From: Candidatus Bathyarchaeia archaeon
Lineage (GTDB): Archaea > Thermoproteota > Bathyarchaeia > 40CM-2-53-6
DNA: 64,000 bases
Direction of reading: 5' to 3'
Assembly (NCBI GenBank): GCA_049513715.1
Contig: JBEKVV010000001.1
Location: 416,001 to 480,000, forward strand
In this document: piece by piece, positions 47,788 through 56,399 of the stretch
Position numbering within the stretch: the first letter of the stretch is position 1
Layout: each line of letters starts with the position of its first letter
Made by a program: the position numbers and the translations under genes
Notes under the pieces: generated by a model
What the model saw: the letters and a program-made list of their open reading frames with translations, nothing else
The model's database searches: none
Told to the model about the DNA's origin: nothing

Positions 47788-48594
47788 TTACCATGGTGGG
47801 ATGTGGTCGTACACTCGACCGTTGAGTACGCGGCAGCCGTACGCCGGCTCATGAGAAGGTGTGCTAGGTGCTGTGGGATTCTTCGGCCTGTGACACGTAC
47901 ACTTTCTGTCCCCTCCGAGCTGCTTCAGCATGAAGGGAACTTTCGCTGCTTGGCACTGCTGGACCAGGTCTAGAAACCACTTCTCTTCTGGGCGGCGTGG
48001 AGGATGCTTCGAGTCCCCTGACTCTCCGCCCGTAATTACCCACCCCAAATCTTTGAGGTAGGGCCTGAGGTCTATTGGTCCGAGCAGTGGTTCTGCTGAA
48101 ACCCATTTCAGTTTTGCTGGGACCGCTTGCAGGAACTTGATGCGTGGCGCAAATTTATCTTTTTCAACGCTGACTCCTAACCAAACATTGTCGTAGCCGT
48201 TTGGACCCCAATCTGGGGGAAGGGAACTTTGAATGTGTCCTGGGAATTTTGTAGATATTCGATACGTGTGCCACCAGGTCTGCCGCATGAACTTCCAGGT
48301 CAATGGCCGCCACTTGTCTGCGACTGGGTCGTCCACGAAAAAATCGCTCCAAGGACAGATGAATACCATTTTCGGGTCTTGCTGCTTCCAGTAGAGGGGC
48401 TTCTTGAAGGAGTGTGGCGTGCCTAGAGTCACTTCGTGTTCGTGACCCCTGTACCGTTTGTAGCGGGGCATCTGGCGCACGACCGCATAGCAGTTCTCGC
48501 AACCATCGCTGATAGGGCCGGGGCATCCGTGCCAAGGCCCCCAGCTTTCGCCCATTTTCGTCGCTATCTGGATCGTCGTCGTCTTAACGCTCAT
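47788..48594 (-). CDS. DUF5131 / phage Gp37Gp68-family three-Cys protein
   Basis: WGPWHGCPGPISDGCENCYA, VFICPWSDFF, NVWLGVSVE, WVSAEPLLG, WVITGGESG, VPFMLKQLGG. Start set at ATG 48594 after a GGAGGTGA RBS. Confidence 0.9.
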   Translation of the reverse strand: MSVKTTTIQIATKMGESWGPWHGCPGPISDGCENCYAVVRQMPRYKRYRGHEHEVTLGTPHSFKKPLYWKQQDPKMVFICPWSDFFVDDPVADKWRPLTWKFMRQTWWHTYRISTKFPGHIQSSLPPDWGPNGYDNVWLGVSVEKDKFAPRIKFLQAVPAKLKWVSAEPLLGPIDLRPYLKDLGWVITGGESGDSKHPPRRPEEKWFLDLVQQCQAAKVPFMLKQLGGDRKCTCHRPKNPTAPSTPSHEPAYGCRVLNGRVYDHIPPW

Positions 48595-48728
48595 AGATTC
48601 ACCTCCTTCGTTTCTTGTTCCCGCATAATATTCTTGTTCCAATCAGAATCAGAGAAGCAACTGTTTCTGAACCTGAGCATGTCAGTGTTGGCCAGGCCAA
48701 ACACCCGACTATTCGCCCCTCTCCTCAA
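48591..48728 (-). CDS. Possible 45-aa linker ORF
   Basis: TTG start overlaps the upstream TGA, and its TGA overlaps the DUF5131 ATG (ATGA), suggesting translational coupling. Below the ORF-track length cutoff. Confidence 0.35.
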   Translation of the reverse strand: MRRGANSRVFGLANTDMLRFRNSCFSDSDWNKNIMREQETKEVNL

Positions 48729-49249
48729 CTCCAATTCATTGGGACGACTATCATGGTACTTTTCGAAATAGGAACGAACTCCGAACGCCGTTTCCTCGAA
48801 AATGGCATCTTATAACGGCTGCAGAGTTTCTCTATTATGCTCTCTGCTTCCTTGACGGCAGCTACTGGATCCGGCTGGTCATCGTCAACAATCAATTCGA
48901 TGTGGCATTGGAAATCCTGGCGGTCTTGGACGAGCCACGCGCTGCAACCCTTGTTTTCAAACAGCTCATTGAACTCCTCAAGCTTTTGATGGATCTCCAT
49001 CTCGTCGTAGACAGTTAGATTATCATCCAAGAAGCCCTCATCACCAAACGTCACTCCACATTCGAAGTAGCCTAGACGGAGCATCTCGTCGCGGCATTGC
49101 TTGCACGCCCAGCCCAGAAATTCAAAATCATGGGCTTGGTCAGAGTCTCTAGTATGAACACTCGACACCGCTCGTGTTGACCCGCACTTGAAGCACAGAT
49201 TCTCCATCGCTGCCTCCAGGGCACGCCCATCGATTGAAAGCGTTAGCAT
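48725..49249 (-). CDS. Hypothetical protein with zinc-finger-like CxxC...CxxC and acidic domain
   Basis: CFKC...CKQC; overlaps the upstream gene stop by 7 nt. Confidence 0.7.
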   Translation of the reverse strand: MLTLSIDGRALEAAMENLCFKCGSTRAVSSVHTRDSDQAHDFEFLGWACKQCRDEMLRLGYFECGVTFGDEGFLDDNLTVYDEMEIHQKLEEFNELFENKGCSAWLVQDRQDFQCHIELIVDDDQPDPVAAVKEAESIIEKLCSRYKMPFSRKRRSEFVPISKSTMIVVPMNWS

Positions 49250-50655
49250 CGTTCAATCTCCTGCAATTCAATGATCCGAGTCCTCTGTGCGTGCGCGGCG
49301 TCGCTGAGAAAGACGGCTGGAAAGTCTTGACGAAGCAGTTTCACAGGGCGACCAGCGGTCGCAGGAGAAAAGACCTTCTGGAAAATGCAGCAAGCCCGTA
49401 GCCTGTGCCAAACCCTCGTGGCCAGAAGAATCCGTTTGCTGTACACTGTTCCGTCGGGTCGTGGTGTGACCGTCACGTGGTAGGACGCGATGTGTCCGCC
49501 CGGCCTGCAGACTCTGACGGCCTCGCGTATGTATTGGCTGTAGGTCAGCTTTCCGGTGCCGTAGCGGGCCGTCGCGTCCTCCTTGCTGTATGGAGGATCC
49601 GAGATGACTAGGGCGAACACGTTGTCTCGGAACGGAAGGTTGTGCGCGTCGGCCCGGACGTCTGGCGGCCTCCAATTCACTCCGGAGCCAAACCTCTCAG
49701 CCAGTGGATGGGTTGTTCTCAGGTCTATTCGCAGTCCGTACTCTCCCATTCCTCCGAACTGGTGCAGCACCGGCGTAGGATTGTCCAGCAAAGTGAGGAG
49801 TTTCTTCTCGAAATATCTCGGGAATCCGCCGGGGTACTTGTCGGGCTTTGGACGCGGAAGAACCCAGGCGAGTGTGGGGACGGGTGAATGTCTTGTCGGG
49901 CCGGTTGCGCCTCCGACTTCGAGTGCTTGCAGCCGCTTGGCGGCCAATGGTGTCGGACCGTTCCAGCCTTCTTTTCGCATCACGAAGGCGACCCTGACCT
50001 GGTGGCCGTTCTTTCCGTTTGGCGGCAAGCAGTAATCGCACTTGTTGCCGCACCATGTGTCCTCCTTTCGCCCGGTCAGCTTCACTCCGGGAAGGTCGGC
50101 GGGGCACACGTATTCGCCCGCCTTCGCCTGACTCGGCTCGTCTACGACCACGGCGTAATTGTCCGTCGCCTTGTCGATCTTGTCGTCGTCCAAGCCGCCC
50201 TCAGATTTTGTGACTGTGAAGTTCGGCAGAGCGGTCAGCGGTGAGAGGTCAAGGGCGGCGTGGCTCTTCGTGTAGTACCAGAAGCGGACGGCGGGCAGGC
50301 GGCGGGCTATCTCCGCCCAAGCTAGGACATAAGACTTCGTGTGGAAGTCTCCGCTCTCATGAACCCTTACGCCGATCAGCCCCACATCCAGTATCCTTGC
50401 GACCATCAGGTCTGTGAAGTCTCTCCTCAACGACGCACGAAGGTTCTCCCTCCATGCGGCCTTGACTTTTCCTCGGAGGCCCTTCAGAACCTTGAAAGTG
50501 TAGCAGAAGCCCAGGCACTGCCAGGCCCTCAGGCACGTTTCGGGTGCGGGCAGGCTCCAGTTTCCAAAAGCCGGGTGGATCTTTCTGTTTCCTTTGACAA
50601 GGTTGATCTTTTGGGCCGCCTGGCCCCACACGTTCGGACTATTCTTGCTTCCCAA
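49243..50655 (-). CDS. Fusion of a GP88-like three-Cys domain and a SAM-dependent amino-methyltransferase domain
   Basis: N-half: GNRKI, WSLPAPETCx5Cx3CY, VRVHESGDF, WAEIA, FWYYTKS, CP...Cx3Cx2C. C-half: YPGGFP, VLHQFGG, DAHNLPFRD, ISDPPY, EAVRVCRPGG. Confidence 0.8.
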   Translation of the reverse strand: MGSKNSPNVWGQAAQKINLVKGNRKIHPAFGNWSLPAPETCLRAWQCLGFCYTFKVLKGLRGKVKAAWRENLRASLRRDFTDLMVARILDVGLIGVRVHESGDFHTKSYVLAWAEIARRLPAVRFWYYTKSHAALDLSPLTALPNFTVTKSEGGLDDDKIDKATDNYAVVVDEPSQAKAGEYVCPADLPGVKLTGRKEDTWCGNKCDYCLPPNGKNGHQVRVAFVMRKEGWNGPTPLAAKRLQALEVGGATGPTRHSPVPTLAWVLPRPKPDKYPGGFPRYFEKKLLTLLDNPTPVLHQFGGMGEYGLRIDLRTTHPLAERFGSGVNWRPPDVRADAHNLPFRDNVFALVISDPPYSKEDATARYGTGKLTYSQYIREAVRVCRPGGHIASYHVTVTPRPDGTVYSKRILLATRVWHRLRACCIFQKVFSPATAGRPVKLLRQDFPAVFLSDAAHAQRTRIIELQEIERC

Positions 50656-50788
50656 TATTTTTCACTGGGAAGCACCTTGAATTTCGCGGGCAGTATCCCG
50701 CGCATTCACCGCGCACTAGTCCGGAGGGGGTGCGCGACATCAAGAATAATACGGCGGGGAGCCACGGCTACTGTGTGGTGTCCGCCAG

Positions 50789-51385
50789 ATGGTTCGCCGA
50801 TTGAGGACTACTATTCTCTATTTTCTCGTCGAGGAGCGTCCTTCACCGAAGAGGAGCAAGCGTGGGCCAGCGTGGCGCGACGAGTGCTGGAATGCGACCT
50901 CTCTGTCCAACCAGAAGAAATTGAATCCGACTTCGGTGCTTAAGGTTGTCAGCAAGTTCCGCGCCTGCGGCCTTCTGGAGCCCGAGCCCTCGTCCGCGAA
51001 GCTGGTTGAAGAACGGCTTGTTCCGACGAGGACAGAGACGAGGTCGAGGCGCACAGTCTCGACTTTTCGGGGAGCCGTTCCATGCCGCCCGACCGAGAAG
51101 GGGCGCAGGCTCGCCAAGATGATGAGGGCCATCGAAGAGAACAAGATGATGCCGGAGGAGTTCTCCGAGGACGAGGACAGAGCGGCCGAGAACGAGAAGA
51201 TCGTTTCCCGCCTCGCAGCAGCAGGCTTCACGCGGGAGGACTACGAGGCCGCCATTGAGTGCGGATTGATCGCTGAGGAGTCGAGGATGTTCAGTCGTCC
51301 GACAGTCGGATTCAGGCAGCCCGGCCTGAGCGCGGCCGACCTCGTGAGCGTCGAAGTCGCCAAGTACCGTCATCGAGTAACGTAG
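50789..51385 (+). CDS. Probable winged-helix DNA-binding protein
   Basis: LNPTSVLKVVSKFRACGLL...PTEKGRRLAKMM (MarR/PadR-like wing and TxxG helix); divergent from the GP88-MTase operon. Confidence 0.55.
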   Translation: MVRRLRTTILYFLVEERPSPKRSKRGPAWRDECWNATSLSNQKKLNPTSVLKVVSKFRACGLLEPEPSSAKLVEERLVPTRTETRSRRTVSTFRGAVPCRPTEKGRRLAKMMRAIEENKMMPEEFSEDEDRAAENEKIVSRLAAAGFTREDYEAAIECGLIAEESRMFSRPTVGFRQPGLSAADLVSVEVAKYRHRVT

Positions 51386-51463
51386 GGTTCGGCCGCCGGT
51401 CCGCCGCCGTCGACCACTGACGTCCGATTCCGCGAGATAATCTGAAAGATCTGAAAGCTAGGC

Positions 51464-51595
51464 GTGAAGTTCCTCGCACCCGGAGAGCTCAGCCGGATCA
51501 TGTCCGTCATCGACAAGGGACGAAACTCCTACAACCAGCGAACTATCCGGACCAAGGTTCGGCGGTTCAAGCGGAAAAAGAAGCAACCGAAGTAA
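51464..51595 (+). other. 43-aa ORF, possible tyrosine-recombinase fragment
   Basis: KFLAPGELSRIMSVID resembles the xLxxxE(L/V)xxL start of integrase catalytic domains; no catalytic residues follow. Confidence 0.2.
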
Positions 51596-51657
51596 TCATC
51601 GCATTTCCCATCACAGCGGCTCGCGCTTTCTATCTCGGCCGACATTTTTTACCTGAC

Positions 51658-52027
51658 GCGCAATAACGCCGATTCGTTCTAGTCAAGAAAAATGAACTTC
51701 GTGAGCCTGAGAGAAAGTGAAAGTAATGAAAATGTTCGAGTTTGCGCGTAAAATGTTCGAGTTCGAACTTTTTATTCATAGGGGAGCCCTACGTTCCTTG
51801 GCCATGCGAGAATGGTGAAACCCATCATTTCTCGGAACTACGGCTGTTTGAAGGCGTCTTTCACCTCTTTTCGTGTCAGTAGGCGGATTCTGGTGTGTTG
51901 GACGGCAAAATGCCAAGAAATTTGGTGCGTCTGAGCGGTGCCATGGACAAAAAGGGTTCCACAGCACCATTTTGGGCCTGCGTAAAGAGTTCGACTGAGG
52001 GTCAGTGAATTGCGCGTATTTGCGCGC
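51658..52027 (+). repeat. Copy B of the ~370 bp non-coding direct repeat
   Basis: Colinear with 47302-47673. Ends in three TTGCGCG units spaced 10-11 nt apart, extending to 52038. Confidence 0.92.
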
Positions 52028-52271
52028 TCATTGCGCGTTTGAAACGAACAATGCGTTATCTTGATCCTCTACGTTATTTGAGTGCAGAAGAACCCGCGTA
52101 CAAAATTCTCGTCTGCCAGTTCGGATTGCGCCAGACTGCACTTTCGGCATCCTATTGGAATTGAAGGTGCGAAGCTCGATGACAACGAGTACACAACGAG
52201 AGTCTCTCTACCGTAAGAGGGGAACACACCGGAGGAAGGCACGCATTCAGAAGCGTGGACGGACCCAGTGT

Positions 52272-52454
52272 TCATACCCTTTTGGCGATCCAGAGCCTAA
52301 GCGCCTCCTCTACGGCTCTTTGAATGTCGCCCTTGTGTAATCCAAACTTCTTGAAAACTGTTTCGCGAAACTCATGTTCGAGTGACTCTGATACTGTCAA
52401 GTTGAGTCGCACAGTTCTTTCCTCCCCACCTTTCTTCGCTTTGCCTTTGGCCAT
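52272..52454 (-). CDS. Ribbon-helix-helix (CopG-like) DNA-binding protein
   Basis: TVRLNLTVSESLEHEFRETVFKKFGLHKGDIQRAVEEALRLWI. Start set at ATG 52454. Confidence 0.8.
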   Translation of the reverse strand: MAKGKAKKGGEERTVRLNLTVSESLEHEFRETVFKKFGLHKGDIQRAVEEALRLWIAKRV

Positions 52455-52462
52455 GTGAGAAA

Positions 52463-52497
52463 CGTATGCACGTATATGGGTATAAGCGTTTGCACGT
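52463..52497. promoter_or_regulatory. Direct-repeat operator flanking the RHH gene TATA box
   Basis: CGTATGCACGT (52463-52473) and CGTTTGCACGT (52487-52497) flank a minus-strand CTTATA. Confidence 0.5.
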
Positions 52498-52624
52498 TCC
52501 AATTCTGTGCTCTTTCCGCGTTGTCGGCCTGTTTTGGAACGGAACTTTGTCCACAATTCTACGCTTGATCATGCTATTTTTGTCTGCTTTAATACTATAC
52601 AAACAGAGCTTTCGGCAATCTCTG

Positions 52625-52813
52625 TTGAGAGAAGAAAGGCAACTCGTCGACTGCGATGGTCGACCTCATGAACGCAAAAGGGGCCGAGAGAAGGAACTTT
52701 TTCAGTGCGAGTGCGGCTGGATGCTCATTCTTGTGCCGCCTCCGCCTCACTGTCTGAACAGGCGTTGCCGAAACTATCGGCCGCCTCAACTTTCCATCTG
52801 GCGAGGCGACTAA
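52625..52813 (+). CDS. Small zinc-finger protein (start uncertain)
   Basis: FQCECGW...HCLNRRC; TTTAATA promoter-like sequence at about 52588. Confidence 0.4.
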   Translation: MREERQLVDCDGRPHERKRGREKELFQCECGWMLILVPPPPHCLNRRCRNYRPPQLSIWRGD

Positions 52814-53154
52814 CTTTAGCACAGCTCTACGTTCGAGCAAAGGAGCCTGAAGGTCGATGGCCTCAGAGCTTCAATCGGACAGTCCGGATCGAGGACTCGG
52901 CCGGCCTGGTATTCCAGTCTCGTAGGGTCATCCGAGACCGTGTTCTATTGGCCTCCAGCACCGTTGGGAGGAAGCAGAACGTTGGAGGACGAAAAGGCTA
53001 CGCGGCGAAGTTCGCCGACCGGTTGACAGGCGAGGTCTACGAGGAGGTGTTCTTCGACTCGGGAGACGCGTGTCGGTGGTGCGATGCCTGCGAGCTGGCC
53101 GCCTTGAAGCGGGCCGAGAAGGCCGCCGCAGGGCCAGTCAACTTGAGCGGCTGA
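52705..53154 (+). CDS. Hypothetical protein (start uncertain)
   Basis: 149-aa ORF in a co-oriented small-gene run; 3' half looks coding (GYAAKFADRLTGEVYEEVFFD). Confidence 0.35.
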   Translation: MRVRLDAHSCAASASLSEQALPKLSAASTFHLARRLTLAQLYVRAKEPEGRWPQSFNRTVRIEDSAGLVFQSRRVIRDRVLLASSTVGRKQNVGGRKGYAAKFADRLTGEVYEEVFFDSGDACRWCDACELAALKRAEKAAAGPVNLSG

Positions 53155-53259
53155 AGCAACGCTTTGCCTTCGACATCAGTCGTCATTTTCGTTCGACTCT
53201 GACACCTGCGAAGCTTCTCCGCGCCCCGGTTATCATTGAAACGCATCCTGCGAGGGCAC

Positions 53260-53421
53260 ATGCGATGTTCGACGTGCGGCCGCGAAGCGTTTTTGCTGAG
53301 CACCGCACAGCAGTGGAGGCGTGACGACTGGGTCTACACGGAAAAGTTCTACTGCTCTTCGTGCGGAACAATGTATGTTGCAGAGGGCGGCAAGACTTGG
53401 AAACTGCAGGTGGGACAGTGA
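53260..53421 (+). CDS. Small zinc-ribbon protein
   Basis: MRCSTCG...FYCSSCG. Confidence 0.6.
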   Translation: MRCSTCGREAFLLSTAQQWRRDDWVYTEKFYCSSCGTMYVAEGGKTWKLQVGQ

Positions 53422-53467
53422 ATCGGCCACCTGTTCGCGGAAGCCGTGAGAGCCGGTTGCCTCTTCG

Positions 53468-54403
53468 TCACAAGCTCACATCGTCTCTCGTCAAGATACT
53501 TCCGCGTTCCACGGAACGCTTCGCCCGAAGAGTGAGTATGCCCTCCTGCAGGGCAAGAGCGGAGAGCGACGCACGCCGCGGGCCGTTTTGCTTTCTCAAG
53601 AACTCCATGATGACTGAGCGCACGATCTTCTCGAACCACGCGGTGCCTGGCGTCACTGTCTCGCGGCCGTCCTCGTAGTGCGTGACGAACCTTTCTGAGG
53701 CCTGGTCTGCCACTGTTGACGCCAATGAAAGGGGCTTGCCTCCGTGGGTGAATCCTGACCTGGACTCGTAGCATTGTCGCAGAAGTTCCGGGAACTTTGG
53801 GTCGTCCCTTTCGGATGCGAGTTCTTGGGGGAGGTGGGAGGAGATGAAGTGGGAGAGCTTCAGGAAGTGTCCTTCGCCCGTCTCAAAGGTGTTTGACAGG
53901 CACTCGACCGCCGTGACCAGCATGAACATGGCGAGCGTGGGGTTGTCTTCGGTCAGCGAGACCGCGACCCGGTACGCTTCGCAAGCGCGAAGGCACTGCT
54001 GCGCGTCCTTGTCGTTCAAGGAGCAGAGGCCGTTGAAAAGCGGGTTCAGTTCCGAGTCGGACTCAATCGGGCTTTTCCTTTGCCTGTGCTGTCTTCGTTG
54101 CAGAGTGATGTTGACGGTGTTGATCTTGGCCGAGTCGAACTCGATTTTCGCTCCGAATGCTAAGGAAAGCCACGCTAGGATGTACTGGGCTTCCCTTTCA
54201 GGGTTTGATGCGATCTGATCCTTCTCCCAAACGTCGGGGAATTCGAGCAGCATGTCTTCGCCGCTAGGGCTGAACGGGTCCCTCTTGGAGGGCAGAGTTG
54301 TGATCCGGTACTTGTCAAACTTGATCTCGGCTAGGTTGGGAGAGACCTCCCTTCCGCAGCTGAAGCGAACCGCAACGCGGTGGACTTCGCGCTCTTCTTT
54401 CAT
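53468..54403 (-). CDS. ApeA-like HEPN-domain protein
   Basis: FMLVTAVECLS helix and YESRSGFTHGG (Rx4H HEPN motif). Start set at ATG 54403. Confidence 0.7.
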   Translation of the reverse strand: MKEEREVHRVAVRFSCGREVSPNLAEIKFDKYRITTLPSKRDPFSPSGEDMLLEFPDVWEKDQIASNPEREAQYILAWLSLAFGAKIEFDSAKINTVNITLQRRQHRQRKSPIESDSELNPLFNGLCSLNDKDAQQCLRACEAYRVAVSLTEDNPTLAMFMLVTAVECLSNTFETGEGHFLKLSHFISSHLPQELASERDDPKFPELLRQCYESRSGFTHGGKPLSLASTVADQASERFVTHYEDGRETVTPGTAWFEKIVRSVIMEFLRKQNGPRRASLSALALQEGILTLRAKRSVERGSILTRDDVSL

Positions 54404-54508
54404 GCGTGGAGAAGTGTGGGCACGGCTCTTATCTGAACTTCGCAAATGGGGCACACGGACATTGGGATGCGTTTTCCCGGGAAAACGCGGTAGACGGAAA
54501 GCCCTGGT

Positions 54509-54871
54509 CTATGGTTCGATACTCTTTCTCGCAATTTCGCCAATGGCGGGGACGATTGCCCAAATCAACCACACAAAGACGGCGATTCCCGACCCCAAGG
54601 TGAGTGTCGACAAGCTGAGCCAGACATTTCCCGTTAGAACTAACAGTACGGCGGCCGCCAGAATCGTCCCCAGTAAGAGCGGAGTGAAAACGTACCATGT
54701 CCAAAGCATGAGTACCTTCTTGCCCATTAAACCGAAGGCGGGTTCTCGGATCTTACGCCCGACTCTTCTCACAAATCTGACCGCAAACAGAACTACATTG
54801 ATTGCCCAGAAGAGAAGTGACAGCGCTCCCAACGTGGAAACGATTTCATCCAATTGTGAACTCGCGACCAA
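54509..54871 (-). CDS. Hypothetical membrane protein
   Basis: Three hydrophobic segments; co-oriented upstream of the HEPN gene. Confidence 0.5.
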   Translation of the reverse strand: MVASSQLDEIVSTLGALSLLFWAINVVLFAVRFVRRVGRKIREPAFGLMGKKVLMLWTWYVFTPLLLGTILAAAVLLVLTGNVWLSLSTLTLGSGIAVFVWLIWAIVPAIGEIARKSIEP

Positions 54872-55032
54872 GAGCCGGTAATCCTGCCTATAGACATTTT
54901 GAGTTTTCCGGCGGGAAAGGCGTTTTCTCAGGAAAACGCGCTCCGCAGAAAGGCTTGGCAGGGCATCCGGGTGCCTTGCGTTATTATCGGTTCACTAGGC
55001 GAACTAACCCGTTCCTTAAATTCGCAGCGAAA

Positions 55033-55474
55033 GGTGAGGGTGAGAGCCTTGACAGGCGAACCGACCAGGGCATTCAGCCAAAAGGCCGACCTACTTGAGG
55101 TCTTCCGCTGGGAGCCGTCTACATATTTCACCAATCTGCAGGCAGAGGTAGCCGAGGAGATAGTCCTCTTCCTTCGCAACAACGGAAAGGACACAGGGCA
55201 GGAAACATACACGCACTGGAGGAGCGGCGATGTGTGGAGACTCGTCAGGGTTTCCCGCGCAGCGTTCCACAAGTTTGCTGAGTCGCAGAAGCTGTGCAGC
55301 TCACGGTACGTCTGGAAGGTCATGAGAAAGCTGGTGGCCCTCGGCTACGTTCGAGTGTTCACTCTGAAAGGGCAGAAGGGCTACGGCCTCGTTGTCAACG
55401 CCATGAAGCGGCACAAGGTGTCCGCGAGCCGCTACGAAAAGTTCATGGCACCATTGAGAAAAACGGCGAGTTGA
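55033..55474 (+). CDS. Probable winged-helix DNA-binding protein
   Basis: SSRYVWKVMRKLVALGYVRVF...KGYGL. Start probably GTG 55033-55040 region rather than 54899. Confidence 0.55.
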
Positions 55475-55928
55475 ACACAGCGGACTCACGCAAGTCCCCA
55501 AGTTTGGTCTGATAATCGCTGAAATCGCATTCCATGAAGACTTTGGTCACTCCTTCAACCGGCTGGAATCTGATGAATGCTGTCCCTGTCAGAGGGATGC
55601 TTGACATTTTATTTGGAGCCGGGAGAGAGCGCTGTACTCAAGGTTCAAAGCTTTTAGCAACTCTCTTTCAGCTGCCTTACGATGCCTTCCTAACGAGATT
55701 CGAACAGTGGTAGCCCGGTGGGAAAACCGACTGTGGTGTTCGAATCTCACAGGTTCAGATCTAAACGCCATGACTAACTAACAACCACAGCCTATACTGT
55801 TGCACTTGCTGATTTTTGTTTTGTGTTTCGAAAGTGGCTATGGCTCGCTTATTACATCGGGGAGATGGCGAATAGTTCTCATTGCCCACTGCTGAACTGA
55901 CAATGCATCGTTTCCCAGACCTTAGTAC

Positions 55929-56105
55929 TGTGTGGATTTCAATCAGTCTCTTGCACAGTTCCACTGGAAACATTGCTGGATGGTGAAACCGGTTCTCTTT
56001 AGTGGTTTTGGCAATATCCCAAATGCTGATCGAGTACCTGCTCTATGCTCGACCATCCAACTCGTTGAGCCGTCCCTTCCTCTCTTTCGGTGGTGCGTCT
56101 GGCAA
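55929..56105 (-). pseudogene. N4C/N6A DNA methyltransferase fragment with an in-frame stop
   Basis: Reads MPDAPPKERKGRLNELDGRA*SRYSISIWDIAKTTKENRFHHPAMFPVELCKRLIEIHT. TAG at 56045-56043 sits where Trp (TGG) is expected, and similarity ends before the DPFxGxG motif. Confidence 0.7.
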
Positions 56106-56399
56106 GTTACTAATTAGCCCTTCGTTCTGAATTATTGCGATGAGCGCAATCCTCTATGAAGATCGAGATTTCCAGCTTTCCGGCAGGGCCATCGTATTTT
56201 TAGGCTATTTAGAGCGGCTGTGCTTCTGTTCGTTACTTTCAGACAGTGCGGAACCCATTGGAGTATTTTTCGAAATCTGGGGTAGCGTTGATTAGTCTGG
56301 CATTGATGAGAGATAGTAACGTGACTTACTGGGCAAAAAAAGGCTTTCTTCTCAACGCAATTTATGAAGGCGATCTAGGTCAACTCAGGCGAATCGGCT

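Larger units (their letters stand above)
47230..56105. mobile_element. Putative integrated or decayed element (provirus/plasmid-like island); right boundary uncertain
   Basis: att-like site at the left edge; phage-type genes (DUF5131, GP88-like); RHH, zinc ribbons, HEPN and an MTase pseudogene; visibly GC-richer core at about 49.3-54.4 kb. No intact integrase seen. Confidence 0.65.

Noticed and set aside
51776..51970. Protein-coding interpretation of the 370-bp repeat
   Set aside because: The equivalent frame in copy A has stops and an indel, and substitutions are not concentrated at third codon positions.
47302..52027. HEARO/omega-RNA or retron RNA identity for the long repeats
   Set aside because: No IscB/TnpB or reverse transcriptase gene is nearby, and I cannot match a consensus by eye.
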